Shown: one piece after another, positions 41,041 through 50,659 of the stretch
How the letters are laid out: each line of letters begins with the position of its first letter
Numbering within the stretch: position 1 is the first letter of the stretch
Assembly (NCBI GenBank): GCA_903862955.1
Contig: CAIPAH010000030.1
Coordinates: 228,748 to 292,747, forward strand
Direction of reading: 5' to 3'
DNA: 64,000 bases
DNA from: an uncultured Opitutia bacterium
GTDB taxonomy: Bacteria; Verrucomicrobiota; Verrucomicrobiia; Opitutales; Opitutaceae
The notes under the pieces: model-generated
What the model saw: only the letters and a program-made list of their open reading frames with translations
What the model was told of the DNA's origin: nothing
Database searches by the model: none
Made by a program: the position numbers and the translations under genes

Positions 41041-41280
41041 AAGGCCCGCATGGGCGGGTGCCATGGATGCTAGCGGTTGACCGCACCGAATCAAGGAACC
41101 CCCCGCCCCGATCCCACATCGCAGGCAATTGAATGCAGGGTATGAAAAACCCTGTCGACGGTCGCGGCGGTCTGCGGCATCGGCTTCGGCGCCCCTTTTC
41201 CAGGTCCGGCCCGATCGCATTGCCAGTGTCCTGGCTTTTTTTCGTGCGTCCGCGCGCTTCTGCCGCCATCCGCTTGCGCA

Positions 41281-42126
41281 GTGAAAAATCCCGATCACGC
41301 GCGCGCCGTCGGCCAGCTGCTCATCGCGGCCCTGCTGTGGAGTCTCGCCGGCGTCCTGATCAAGGGCCTGGCGTGGCCCGCCCTCGCGGTCGCGGGCGGG
41401 CGCGGGCTGATTGCGGCGCTCTTCCTCCTCGCCACCACGCGCGGGCTCAAATTCACGTGGTCCCGCGTCCAGCTTGGCGGCGCAGTCGCCTACGCGGCGT
41501 GCACCGTCACCTTCGTCATCGCCAACAAGCTCACCACCGCCGCCAACGCGATTCTCCTCCAATACACGGCGCCGGTCTGGGTCGCTCTGCTGGGCGCGTG
41601 GCTGCTCCATGAGCGTCCCGCCAAGGCCGACTGGTGGGCCATGGTCGTGGCGTTGGGCGGCATGGGGCTGTTTTTCGCCGACGAACTCCGCTGGATCAGC
41701 GTGATCGGCAATCTCGTCGGTGTCCTCAGCGGCGTGTGCTTCGCGTTGCTCGTGATCCTGCTGCGCATGCAAAAGGACAGCTCCGCCGTGGAATCGATCA
41801 TCCTCGGCAACTTCCTCGCCTTCGCGATCGGCCTGCCTGCCATTGCCACCGCGCCCGCGCTGCCCGCCCGGGGTTGGATCGGCCTGCTCGCACTCGGCGT
41901 GGTGCAGCTCGGGCTCTCGTATCGTTTTTACGCTCAGGCCATCAAACACGTAACCGCACTCGAAGCCGTGATCATCCCGGTGGTCGAGCCCATTTTCAAC
42001 CCGCTCTGGGTGCTGTTCTTCTTCGGCGAACGCCCCGGCCCCCTCGCTCTCGCCGGCGGCATCCTGGTGCTCGGCGCCGTCACCGCCCGCGCCCTCGCCG
42101 CCATCCGGGCGCCGGCGCCGCGCTGA
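41281..42126 (+). CDS. EamA/DMT-family transporter
   Basis: 281 aa with a GTG start and about ten hydrophobic segments. It shows the typical duplicated EamA pattern. Confidence 0.75.
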   Translation: MKNPDHARAVGQLLIAALLWSLAGVLIKGLAWPALAVAGGRGLIAALFLLATTRGLKFTWSRVQLGGAVAYAACTVTFVIANKLTTAANAILLQYTAPVWVALLGAWLLHERPAKADWWAMVVALGGMGLFFADELRWISVIGNLVGVLSGVCFALLVILLRMQKDSSAVESIILGNFLAFAIGLPAIATAPALPARGWIGLLALGVVQLGLSYRFYAQAIKHVTALEAVIIPVVEPIFNPLWVLFFFGERPGPLALAGGILVLGAVTARALAAIRAPAPR

Positions 42127-42140
42127 GCGCGGCGGGCCGG

Positions 42141-43106
42141 CTATTTTTCCTGCGGCCAGAATTGGATCAGGGCGTTGGCGCCGAGGATCAATCCGCCTCC
42201 CACCAGCAGCGTCAGCGACAGCGGCTGGTTGGCGTAGTCGATGCCGACCCAGCGCGAGAACACCGCGGGCAGAAACACTTCGCTGAGCGCCGCCACGACC
42301 GGCGAGAAACTGTAGAGTAGCGCCGCCTCCGTCGTCGGGATGAAGCGCTGCCAATGGTTCATCACCACGAAGGGCGTCACCGTGCCGAAGACCGTCGCCA
42401 GCACCACGAGCGCCAGCCAGGAGGGCGACGTGTAGGGCTGGAACAGGTGCACCGGGTCGCGGCATGCCGCCACGCTCACCACCGCGAACAGCCCGCCTTC
42501 GAGCAGGAACATGCCCGTCGAGGTCCGCTCCGCGCGGTTGGCGGCGAACGCCGGCCAGTTGAGCGAACAGAGCAGCAGCGAGAAAAATATCGTCGAGAAC
42601 AGCACCTCCGCCTCGCCCCGCCCGATGCGGAACGTGTGCCAGTTCACCCGCGCCAGCACGGCCACGCCCGCCAGCACCAGCAACCCGGCCAGCAGCACCG
42701 TGCCCGTCGGTCGCTTGCGGTGCGCCAGGGCCCACCAGAGCGGGACCAGGATCACATAGAATTGGGTCAGGAAGCCCGTCGTCGCCGCCGTCGTGTATTG
42801 CAGCCCGTCCGTCTGGAACATGCAGCCCGCGAATGACGTGACCGCCATGAACACCGCCTGCGTCCACTCCGTCCGCGTCAGCCGCAGCGCCGCGCCGCCA
42901 TAAATCGCCACCAGGCCGACCACGCCCAGCCAGAACCGCGGCAGCAGGTTGTGCGCGGCGATGAACCACGTGCTCTCCCCCTCGGCGAACGGTTGCTGCG
43001 CCAGGACCGAGGCCTTGAACAGCACGAAGCTCGCCCCCGAGACGACCGTCACGACGGCCAGCGCAACCAAAGCGCGGACATGCTGCGCAACCGGCGGCGG
43101 GTTCAT
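42141..43106 (-). CDS. EamA/DMT-family transporter (paralog 2)
   Basis: The start was set to ATG 43106 (MNPPPVAQHVRALVALAVV...), giving 321 aa. It is similar to the upstream paralog (for example FQTDGLQYTTAATTGFLTQFYV versus FQNDGLQFTSASTSAFLTQLYA). Confidence 0.75.
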   Translation of the reverse strand: MNPPPVAQHVRALVALAVVTVVSGASFVLFKASVLAQQPFAEGESTWFIAAHNLLPRFWLGVVGLVAIYGGAALRLTRTEWTQAVFMAVTSFAGCMFQTDGLQYTTAATTGFLTQFYVILVPLWWALAHRKRPTGTVLLAGLLVLAGVAVLARVNWHTFRIGRGEAEVLFSTIFFSLLLCSLNWPAFAANRAERTSTGMFLLEGGLFAVVSVAACRDPVHLFQPYTSPSWLALVVLATVFGTVTPFVVMNHWQRFIPTTEAALLYSFSPVVAALSEVFLPAVFSRWVGIDYANQPLSLTLLVGGGLILGANALIQFWPQEK

Positions 43107-44080
43107 GCGGGCGCGACCGGTCGGCGCGGATTCATCTGGATGAGCACGTTGGCCGCCGTGATCAGCCCGCCGCCGAGCAGCAGGTTGGCGCCGAGCGTTT
43201 CGTTGGCGTAATTCAGGCTGCCCCAGAGCGAAAACCACGCGGGCAGGAACAGCGCCAGCATCGCGGTAAACACCGGCTCGGAACAGTAAAGCAGCCCCGC
43301 CTCCGTCGTCGTGATGAAGGGCTGCCACTTGTTCATGATCGTGAACGCCGCGAGTGTGCAGACGGTCGTCAGGATCAGCGTGAAGCCCAGCCACGCCCCG
43401 TTCGTCCACATCGCCAGCATGTTCACGCCGGGCGGAGCTAGCGCGACCGACATTACGCCCGAGCCCAACGCCAGCACGACGAACATCAACGTCGTCACCG
43501 GCAGCGCGCGGTTGCCCGCAAACTCCGCTCGGCCCAGCCACAAAATCTGGCCCATGTAGAACACGGAGCTGATCAACGTCTCGAGTTCGCCGCGCCCGAG
43601 CCGGAGGTCGCGCCAGTCGAGTCGCGCGAGCACCGCCATCCCCGCCAGCGCCATCGCGCCGCTCACCCACACCGTCCACGGCGGGCTGCGCCGCAGCCGC
43701 AGTGCGAGGTAGGTCGGGATCATGATCGCGTAGAGTTGCGTGAGGAAGGCGGAGGTGGAGGCCGACGTGAACTGCAGGCCGTCGTTTTGGAAAATCATCC
43801 CCGCCGTCACGAACACGCCGAGCCCAAGGCCCTGTTTCCACTCGCTGCGCGTCAGCGTGCGCATCGCGCCAAAGCAAATGATGCCGAGCACCAGCGCCCC
43901 GAGCGTGAACCGCGGCAGCAGCGTGGAGGCGGTGATGAACCAGGTGCTGCTGCCCGGCAGGAGGCGGGCCTGCAACAGCACCAGCGACTTGATGAGCGGG
44001 AAACTCACGCCCCACAGCAGGTTGCCAAGCAGCAGCATCCAGATGGCCTTGCGGTGCTGCGCCGGGTTCGTCGGGTTCAT
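43103..44080 (-). CDS. EamA/DMT-family transporter (paralog 1)
   Basis: The start was set to ATG 44080 (MNPTNPAQHRKAIWMLLLGNLLWG). Its stop overlaps the start of paralog 2 (ATGA at 43103-43106). Confidence 0.75.
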   Translation of the reverse strand: MNPTNPAQHRKAIWMLLLGNLLWGVSFPLIKSLVLLQARLLPGSSTWFITASTLLPRFTLGALVLGIICFGAMRTLTRSEWKQGLGLGVFVTAGMIFQNDGLQFTSASTSAFLTQLYAIMIPTYLALRLRRSPPWTVWVSGAMALAGMAVLARLDWRDLRLGRGELETLISSVFYMGQILWLGRAEFAGNRALPVTTLMFVVLALGSGVMSVALAPPGVNMLAMWTNGAWLGFTLILTTVCTLAAFTIMNKWQPFITTTEAGLLYCSEPVFTAMLALFLPAWFSLWGSLNYANETLGANLLLGGGLITAANVLIQMNPRRPVAPA

Positions 44081-44166
44081 GGAAAAGCCGCGCAGCGTGA
44101 AGCGCGCGCCGCCAGCCGCCAAGCGAATTGGCCGGGCCAGAGGGAAAATTCAGCCTCGGCCTCGAT

Positions 44167-46296
44167 TCAGACCTGCCTGACTTGCCGGGCGGCCCGGGCG
44201 GCCGAGAACTTGCTCAGTGCGATGCGCAGTTCCGGCATCGTCACCGGCTTGACGAGGTAGTCGTTCGCCCCGATCGCGAGCGCCTGTTCCTTCAACGTCA
44301 GGCGCGCATCGGCCGTCAGCGCGGCGATCCAGACGTCCTGCCGCGCGGCACCGGCGCCACCGGCACGGATCTGGCGGATGGCGGTGACGCCGTCCACGTC
44401 CGGCATGTGGAGGTCCATCAGCACGAAATCAAACGCCGTGCGCGCCAGTTCCAGCATGGCCACCCGGCTATTTTCCGCCTTGGTCCAGCGGCAGCCGAGG
44501 TTGTCGAGCTGCTTCTGCATCAGCAGGAGGTTGACCGGGTCGTCGTCGATCAGGAGCACGTTCAGGTTGACCGGCTCGCGGCGGGGTTCGGTCAGGGCGG
44601 ACGCGTCGCTCAACGCCGTCAGCATGCCGCGCAGCGCGTCCTGGTGCACGGGCTTGTTGAGCAGCAGGCGAAAATGCGTGCGCAGCGCGGCGCGCTGGGC
44701 GCTGGGCAGCGAAAGTGGCACGAGACCCAGCATCCGCTCCGGCGGCAAGCCCGGCTGCGGCTCCGGGCGCGACGCCAGCTGGGCGGCCAGCGCGGGGCTC
44801 ACATCCACCAGCGCCACATCCCAGCCCGTCGTCGCACCGAGCGTCTCGGGTGTCGCCGTCACGAGGCGCGCGCCGAAGCGCTTGCCGAGTCGCAGCAGCT
44901 CGCCGCGCAGTGAACTCGTGGAAACCGCGACGGCGAGGCTCAGCTTGTCCAGCGGAGGCGCCACGCGTAGCTCCCGGACGAGGCCCTGCGCCGGCACGGG
45001 CAGCGTGAAGGAAAACGTGGAGCCCTGGCCGAGCGTGCTCTTGAGCTGCATCTGCCCGCCCATCAGCTCGACGATGTTTTTGCAGATCGCGAGGCCGAGG
45101 CCCGTGCCGCCGTGGCGCCGGGTCAGCGCGTTGTCGAGCTGGCTGAACGGCCGGAAGAGTTGCGCCTGCTGCTCCGGCGCGATGCCGATGCCGGTGTCGC
45201 GAACGGTGAAAATGAGCGCCAGGCCGGCCCCATCCGGCAACGCCCGCTCCGTCGCCACCCGCACCTCGACTTCGCCCTGGGCGGTGAACGTCACGGCATT
45301 GTTCAACAGGTTCACCAGCACCTGGCGCAGGCGGTTGCCGTCGGTCACGATCACGGCGGGCACGGAGTCGTCGACCCAGTGCAGGAGTTCCACGCCCTTC
45401 GTCGCGGCCTTGGCGGCGATGATGTCCAGCGCATCCTCGACGCACTCGCGTGGCGCGCAGGGCGCCGGGTCGAGGTCGAATTTGCCGGACTCCATGCGGG
45501 CAAAATCGAGGATGCTGTCCGTCAGCTGGATCAGCGCCTGGCCGCTGAGCTGGATCGTCTCGACGTATTCGGCCTGGTCGGACGTGAGCGGAGTTTCGCG
45601 CAGCAGGCTGGTGAAGCCGAGGATGCCGTTGAGCGGCGTGCGCACCTCATGGCTCATTGTCGCGAGGAACTGGCGCTTGGCCTCCTCGCCCGCCTCGGCG
45701 CGCCGCTGCGCGTCGCGCAGCATTACGTCCGTCCGCTGGACCTCGGTCAAATCGTCGAACGTCGCGACATAGCAGGCCAGCGCGCCGTCTTCGCGCATGA
45801 TGGGGGCAAAGGTGCCGCGCAGCGGATACGCGCTGCCGTCGGGACGGTGCGCCTCCCACTCGCCCGACCAGCCGCGGCCGGCGCGGACCGCGGTCATCAT
45901 CTCGTCCACCAACTGCGGCGGCGTGTCGGGACCCGTCGGGGAAATCGTGCGCCAGTTGCGGCCCAGCAGTTCGCTCCGTCCGAAACGGAGCAGTTCGCAG
46001 CCGCCCTGGTTGACCTGCTCGATGATCCCGTCCGCATTGAAAATCACCACCGCGGCCCGCGTCTGCTCCACCGCGCCGGCGAGATGGCGGAGCGTTTCGC
46101 GCAGCTGCGCCTGGCGACGCAGCAGGTGATAACCCACGAACGGCACGCCCAGCACCAGCCAGACCGCCACCCCCGGGCCGGCGTCCGCCCAGCCGTGGTG
46201 GGACCGCGCGTGGTTCACCGCCGCGGTGATGAGACCGGCAAGCAGGATGAGCCCGGAGCCGAGGACAATGGGATGGCTTTTCAAACGCAGCGACAT
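44167..46296 (-). CDS. hybrid sensor histidine kinase (2 TM, PAS, HisKA, HATPase, degenerate receiver, canonical receiver)
   Basis: ATG 46296 is preferred over the tracked TTG at 46338. It has the H-box MSHEVRTPLNGILGF and the G-boxes RDTGIGI and GGTGLGLAI. The C-terminal receiver is LLIDDDPVN...LMDLHMPDVDG...KPV. A receiver-like segment without the acidic pair precedes it. Confidence 0.85.
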   Translation of the reverse strand: MSLRLKSHPIVLGSGLILLAGLITAAVNHARSHHGWADAGPGVAVWLVLGVPFVGYHLLRRQAQLRETLRHLAGAVEQTRAAVVIFNADGIIEQVNQGGCELLRFGRSELLGRNWRTISPTGPDTPPQLVDEMMTAVRAGRGWSGEWEAHRPDGSAYPLRGTFAPIMREDGALACYVATFDDLTEVQRTDVMLRDAQRRAEAGEEAKRQFLATMSHEVRTPLNGILGFTSLLRETPLTSDQAEYVETIQLSGQALIQLTDSILDFARMESGKFDLDPAPCAPRECVEDALDIIAAKAATKGVELLHWVDDSVPAVIVTDGNRLRQVLVNLLNNAVTFTAQGEVEVRVATERALPDGAGLALIFTVRDTGIGIAPEQQAQLFRPFSQLDNALTRRHGGTGLGLAICKNIVELMGGQMQLKSTLGQGSTFSFTLPVPAQGLVRELRVAPPLDKLSLAVAVSTSSLRGELLRLGKRFGARLVTATPETLGATTGWDVALVDVSPALAAQLASRPEPQPGLPPERMLGLVPLSLPSAQRAALRTHFRLLLNKPVHQDALRGMLTALSDASALTEPRREPVNLNVLLIDDDPVNLLLMQKQLDNLGCRWTKAENSRVAMLELARTAFDFVLMDLHMPDVDGVTAIRQIRAGGAGAARQDVWIAALTADARLTLKEQALAIGANDYLVKPVTMPELRIALSKFSAARAARQVRQV

Positions 46297-46370
46297 GGGC
46301 GGCGCGTCCACTAGACGGCGCCGGTTCGCCCCGCGCAACCGAGAAGAATCGCTCCCGGGGATCCGGACAC

Positions 46371-46403
46371 AAAAAAGCCGCCTCCAGCAAGCTGGGGGCG
46401 GCT
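46371..46403 (-). terminator. intrinsic terminator of the SWIB gene
   Basis: On the minus strand it reads agccgccccc agcttgct ggaggcggct followed by TTTTTT. The stem is 10 bp (one G-U) with a U-tract, and it lies 22 nt after the stop. Confidence 0.75.
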
Positions 46404-46424
46404 CCGAAAGACAGGGACGTCCGG

Positions 46425-46694
46425 TTAGGAAACGTGGCCCGAGACGAGCTTGGTCATCTCGAACATGCTGACCTTGGTCTTGCCACCGAAGACGGCCTTG
46501 AGGGCGTCGTCGGCATTGATCTGCGTGCGGACCTTCTTGTCCTGCAGGCCATTCTTCTTGATGTAAGCCCAGAGCTTCTTGGTGAGCTCCGTGCGGGGCA
46601 ACGGGGTCGAGCCAACGACGGCGGCGAGCTTGGCGTCGGGCGTGACCGGTTTCATGAACGCGGCGTTCGGTTTACGAGCTGATTTTTTAGCCAT
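46425..46694 (-). CDS. SWIB/MDM2 domain protein
   Basis: 89 aa. LPRTELTKKLWAYIKKNGLQDKKVRTQINADDALKAVFG is a typical SWIB fold sequence. It has its own AT-richer upstream region and its own terminator. Confidence 0.85.
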   Translation of the reverse strand: MAKKSARKPNAAFMKPVTPDAKLAAVVGSTPLPRTELTKKLWAYIKKNGLQDKKVRTQINADDALKAVFGGKTKVSMFEMTKLVSGHVS

Positions 46695-46800
46695 AGTGAT
46701 TGTGGGTTTAGGGTGCTGAACTGTGATAGCAACGCATTTCTAGAGGTAAAACGGGGTGTTTGCCTAGGAGAATTTTGAAAAATCTCCGGCGCGCCGCGAC

Positions 46801-48660
46801 TCACGCCTGCTCGTCCACCTGCACGAATTGCTCATACAACGCCGCGTAGCGGCCGTGTTGCGCGAGCAATTCCGGGTGCGTGCCGCGCTCGATGATGCGC
46901 CCCTGGTCGAGCACGAGCACAATGTCCGCATGCCGGATCGTGCTCAGCCGGTGCGCCACGACAAAGCTCGTGCGCCCGCGCAGCAGTTCGACCAGCGCCT
47001 TCTGCAATCGCGCCTCGGTGAGCGCGTCGATCGCGCTCGTCGCCTCGTCGAGGATCACCAGCCGCGGGTCCGCCAGCAGCGCGCGCGTGAAACATACGAG
47101 CTGGCGCTGGCCGACCGACAGGCCCGCGCCCCGCTCGCCAATCTCCGTCTCGAGGCCGTGCGGCAGTGCCTCGAGCAGGTCGAGGCAGTCGAGCCGGCGC
47201 GCGGCGTCACGCACCTCCGCCACCGTCGCCTCGGGTTTGCTCAGCCGGATGTTTTGCAGGACCGTGCCGGTGAAGAGGAAATTCTGCTGCTGGACCATAC
47301 CCATCTGCCGGTGCAGCGAGTGGCTCGTGACCGTGCGGATCTCGCGGCCGTCGAGGAGCAACTCGCCGGCGGTTGGCAGGTAGAACTTCGAAACGAGGTT
47401 GATGATCGAGCTCTTCCCGCTGCCGGTGTGCCCCACCAGCGCCACGGTCTGGCCGGGCAACACATTGAAGTTCACGTCGTGCAACACCGGTCGCGCCGGA
47501 TCGTAGCCGAAGGTGATGTGCCGGAACTCCACGTGCAGGCCCGTGCCCGGCACCGCGGGCAGCGGCGTCGCCTTCGGGTCGTCCTCCCAGTCCGGCTTCG
47601 CGTCGATCAGGTGAAAGACCCGCTCCGCCCCCGCCATCGCGATCAACGCCTGGTTGTATTGGTTGCCGATCGTGGCGATCGGCGAGAAGAACAGGTTCGC
47701 GAGGAAGAAGAACTGGATCAGGTCGCCGATGGTCATGAACCCGTGGAACGTCCGCCAGCCGCCCAGCATCAGCAGCACCGCGATGAAGAACTGGCTGTTC
47801 AGCTCGAGCAGCGGCGTGAGGATCGCGGACGTCCGCGCCTGCTCGATGTTGTAGCGCGAATGGTCGGCCAGCAGGCTCCGGAACAGCCCGAGGTTCGTCT
47901 CCTGGCGCACGAAGCCCTGCGTCACCCGCATGCCATTGACCGACTCCGCCAGCGTGGACGTCACCCGGCTGAAGCTCTCCTGCGCCGCGCGTGAGAGCCG
48001 GCTCAGCCGCATGCGGAAGTGGTTGTTCACCACCCACAGCACGGGCGCCATCGCGATGACGACGAGGAACAGCACCCAGTCGCACCACGCCATCACCACG
48101 GCGGCGAAGACCATCTGGCCGAACTGGATCACGCTGACGAAAAACACATCTTGGATGCCCGCGCGCAGCGTTTCCACGTCCGTGGTCACGCGGCCGATGA
48201 TGCGCCCGAGCTTCGTGCGGTGGAAAAAACTCATCGGCATGCTCTGCATCCGGGCGAAGATCGCGGAGCGCAGCGCGTTCACGACCTTCTCGCCCAGCTC
48301 CAGCGCGTAACGCTGGCGGAAGTGGAACATCGCGTCCGTCACCACCGCCAGCACGCCGTAGCCGAGAATCGCCCACGGGAGGATTTCCCGGTCGTGACTC
48401 GCCGTCGCGTCGGTGCCCGCCAGCCGCGCGATCGGGCCAGCGATGATGCGGCTCATCGCCCACGTGATCGCCGGGATCTGCATCGCGCGGATGAGGGTCA
48501 GGACGACCAGCGCGTTTCGTTTCGCCGCGAACGGCACCGTGTAGGTGAACAGGCGCCGCATCAGGCTCCATTCGAGCGGCTTGAACTGCTCCTCATCCTC
48601 GTCGTCGTCCGGGACGCGGCGGACAAGCCCGACGGAGCGGATGGGCGGGGCCGGCTTCAT
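46801..48660 (-). CDS. ABC exporter, fused permease/ATPase (half-transporter B)
   Basis: 619 aa with six TM segments. It has Walker A GHTGSGKSS, the signature LSVGQRQLV and Walker B LVILDEATSAID. Confidence 0.85.
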   Translation of the reverse strand: MKPAPPIRSVGLVRRVPDDDEDEEQFKPLEWSLMRRLFTYTVPFAAKRNALVVLTLIRAMQIPAITWAMSRIIAGPIARLAGTDATASHDREILPWAILGYGVLAVVTDAMFHFRQRYALELGEKVVNALRSAIFARMQSMPMSFFHRTKLGRIIGRVTTDVETLRAGIQDVFFVSVIQFGQMVFAAVVMAWCDWVLFLVVIAMAPVLWVVNNHFRMRLSRLSRAAQESFSRVTSTLAESVNGMRVTQGFVRQETNLGLFRSLLADHSRYNIEQARTSAILTPLLELNSQFFIAVLLMLGGWRTFHGFMTIGDLIQFFFLANLFFSPIATIGNQYNQALIAMAGAERVFHLIDAKPDWEDDPKATPLPAVPGTGLHVEFRHITFGYDPARPVLHDVNFNVLPGQTVALVGHTGSGKSSIINLVSKFYLPTAGELLLDGREIRTVTSHSLHRQMGMVQQQNFLFTGTVLQNIRLSKPEATVAEVRDAARRLDCLDLLEALPHGLETEIGERGAGLSVGQRQLVCFTRALLADPRLVILDEATSAIDALTEARLQKALVELLRGRTSFVVAHRLSTIRHADIVLVLDQGRIIERGTHPELLAQHGRYAALYEQFVQVDEQA

Positions 48661-50588
48661 GGCGCGTCCCCCTTCGGCTCGAGTTGCTCCAGCTCGCGGC
48701 CGTCCACCAACTGCAGGCTGGCGACGTGGCGGTAAGGTCCCGGCACGCGCATCAGGTCCTCGTGGCGGCCTTGCTGCACGATCCGGCCGTTTTCCATCAC
48801 GATGATGAAGTCCGCGCGGCGCAGCGTGCTGAGCCGATGCGCCACGATGAACGTCGTCCGGCCGGCGATGGCGCTGTCCAGCGCGTCGAAAATTTCGTGC
48901 TCCGTCTCGCTGTCGATCGCGGCCGTCGGGTCGTCGAGCAGCAGGATCGCCGGCTCCAGCAGCACGGCGCGCGCGATCGCGAGCCGCTGGCGCTGGCCGC
49001 CGGAGAGTGTGTTGCCGCTTTCGCCGAGCACGGTGTCGTAGCCCTTCGGCAGTTGCAGGATGAAGTCGTGCGCGGCGGCAATGCGCGCGGCCTTCTCGAT
49101 TTGTGCGGGCGTCGCATCGGGATGGCCGAAGGCAATGTTGGCCGCCACCGTGTTCGAGAACAAGAAACTCTCCTGGAACACCAGGCCGATGTTGCGGCGC
49201 AGGTCATCGAGGCGCAGGTGGCGGATGTCGATTCCGTCCACCAGCAGCCGGCCCGCGGTGACATCGTAGAAGCGCGGGATGAGGCTCATCAACACGCTCT
49301 TCCCCGCGCCGGTGGCGCCGAGGATGGCCACGCACTGGCCGGGCTCGACGGCGAGGTTGATGCCGCGCAGCACGGGATCGATGCCGCTGTAGGAGAACTC
49401 CACGCGCTCGAATTTCACCGCACCCTTCAGCTTCGGGCAGGGCATGGCGTCGGGCGCGCTTTTCACCTCGACGGGCGCGTCCATCACCTCAAACACGCGG
49501 CGCGCGCCGATCAGCGACTGCTGCACGGAGTTCACGACGCCGGCGATGTTGTTCACCTGCCCGGAGAACTGCTCAAGCAGGCCCGCAAACACGACCAAGC
49601 CGGTGCCCAGCGGAAGCTGCCCGTGGATCACCAGCCAGCCGCCGTAGCTCAGCAGCACGACCATGTTGATGCGCGTCACGATGCCGACCGCCGGCGTGAA
49701 GAGGCTCAACCGCCAGAAGATGCCGAGCTGCTGCTCGTAAACGCGGCGGTTCTCCGCCTCGAATTTCGCCCGGTTCTCCGCCTCGCGGGCGAAACCCTTT
49801 GTCACCGCGATGCCCTGGATGCTCTCCGCGAGGTATTGCACGAGATTTTCCGCCAGCGTGCGGCTCTCCGCGTAGGCCGGCTGGATCTTCTTGGAGAACC
49901 ACATCGACATGACGATGAGCAGCGGGGTGGTCGCGAGGCAGGCCAGGGTCAGGCCCGGGCTGAGGCTCGCCATGTAAATGACGTAAACCGTGAGCGAGAC
50001 AGCCATGATCACGCTCTGGAACAGCACCTGGTCGAGGAACATGCGCACGGACTGCACGTCGCCCGTCACGCGCGTGATGATCGAGCCGGTGGAGTTGGCA
50101 TCAAAGAAGCGAAAGCTGAGCGACTGCAGCTTGTCGTAGATCACTGCGCGCAGGTCGGGCACGAGCTCCTGCTGCAGGAGGATGTTGCTGCTGATCAGAT
50201 AGGAGTAATTCAGCAGCGCGCGGCACAGGGCCAGCAGGAGAATGCTGCCGGCCAGCAGCGCGATCACCTGCATCGGCGGCCAGTCATGTGGCAGGCGGGA
50301 AATGTCGATGAGCCCGGGCTTCGCCGCCGGGACTGGCGGAGCAGACTGCGCCTGCGCCCCCACCGCGGCGGGGTGCGGCGGCCCGCTCGCCGGCGTGATC
50401 ACCTGATGCCGGATGTAGTCGATGCCCAGGCCGGTCAGGCTCAGGCCGGCCAGCCCCATCGTCAGGAGCACGAGCTGGATGCTCAGGACCTTGATGCAGC
50501 CTGCCCGGTAGCGCCAGGTGAGCCCGAGCAATCGCCGGATCAGGGCCGCGTTGGATGGAGCGGCGGAGGTCGGCGGCGGTGCGGACAT
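48657..50588 (-). CDS. ABC exporter, fused permease/ATPase (half-transporter A)
   Basis: 643 aa. It has Walker A GATGAGKSV, the signature LSGGQRQRLAIARA and Walker B LLLLDDPTAAID. A 4-nt overlap with partner B suggests a heterodimer. Confidence 0.85.
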   Translation of the reverse strand: MSAPPPTSAAPSNAALIRRLLGLTWRYRAGCIKVLSIQLVLLTMGLAGLSLTGLGIDYIRHQVITPASGPPHPAAVGAQAQSAPPVPAAKPGLIDISRLPHDWPPMQVIALLAGSILLLALCRALLNYSYLISSNILLQQELVPDLRAVIYDKLQSLSFRFFDANSTGSIITRVTGDVQSVRMFLDQVLFQSVIMAVSLTVYVIYMASLSPGLTLACLATTPLLIVMSMWFSKKIQPAYAESRTLAENLVQYLAESIQGIAVTKGFAREAENRAKFEAENRRVYEQQLGIFWRLSLFTPAVGIVTRINMVVLLSYGGWLVIHGQLPLGTGLVVFAGLLEQFSGQVNNIAGVVNSVQQSLIGARRVFEVMDAPVEVKSAPDAMPCPKLKGAVKFERVEFSYSGIDPVLRGINLAVEPGQCVAILGATGAGKSVLMSLIPRFYDVTAGRLLVDGIDIRHLRLDDLRRNIGLVFQESFLFSNTVAANIAFGHPDATPAQIEKAARIAAAHDFILQLPKGYDTVLGESGNTLSGGQRQRLAIARAVLLEPAILLLDDPTAAIDSETEHEIFDALDSAIAGRTTFIVAHRLSTLRRADFIIVMENGRIVQQGRHEDLMRVPGPYRHVASLQLVDGRELEQLEPKGDAP

Positions 50589-50659
50589 ACGGTCCTCAAT
50601 TTAGGACCGGGGGACGCAAACACACGAAATTTATTTTTTCCCGGACGGGAACCCGCGCG

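Noticed and set aside
41077-41094. TTGACcgcaccgaATCAAgg upstream of the small cytochrome c gene, which looks like a fourth FNR/Dnr box.
   Set aside because: The half-sites are separated by 8 nt instead of 4, so the dyad geometry does not fit FNR/Crp-family dimers. It is kept only as a curiosity. A one-helical-turn variant cannot be excluded without experiments.
40699-42969. A 756-aa minus-strand ORF, the longest-looking 'gene' in this region.
   Set aside because: Only its last 113 codons (40699-41040) look real; they encode the signal peptide plus CAKCH cytochrome c. The rest is Arg/Gly/Ala/Pro-rich and antisense to a well-formed EamA transporter gene on the plus strand. It also overlaps the frame of another EamA gene. 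This is a typical high-GC open-frame artefact.
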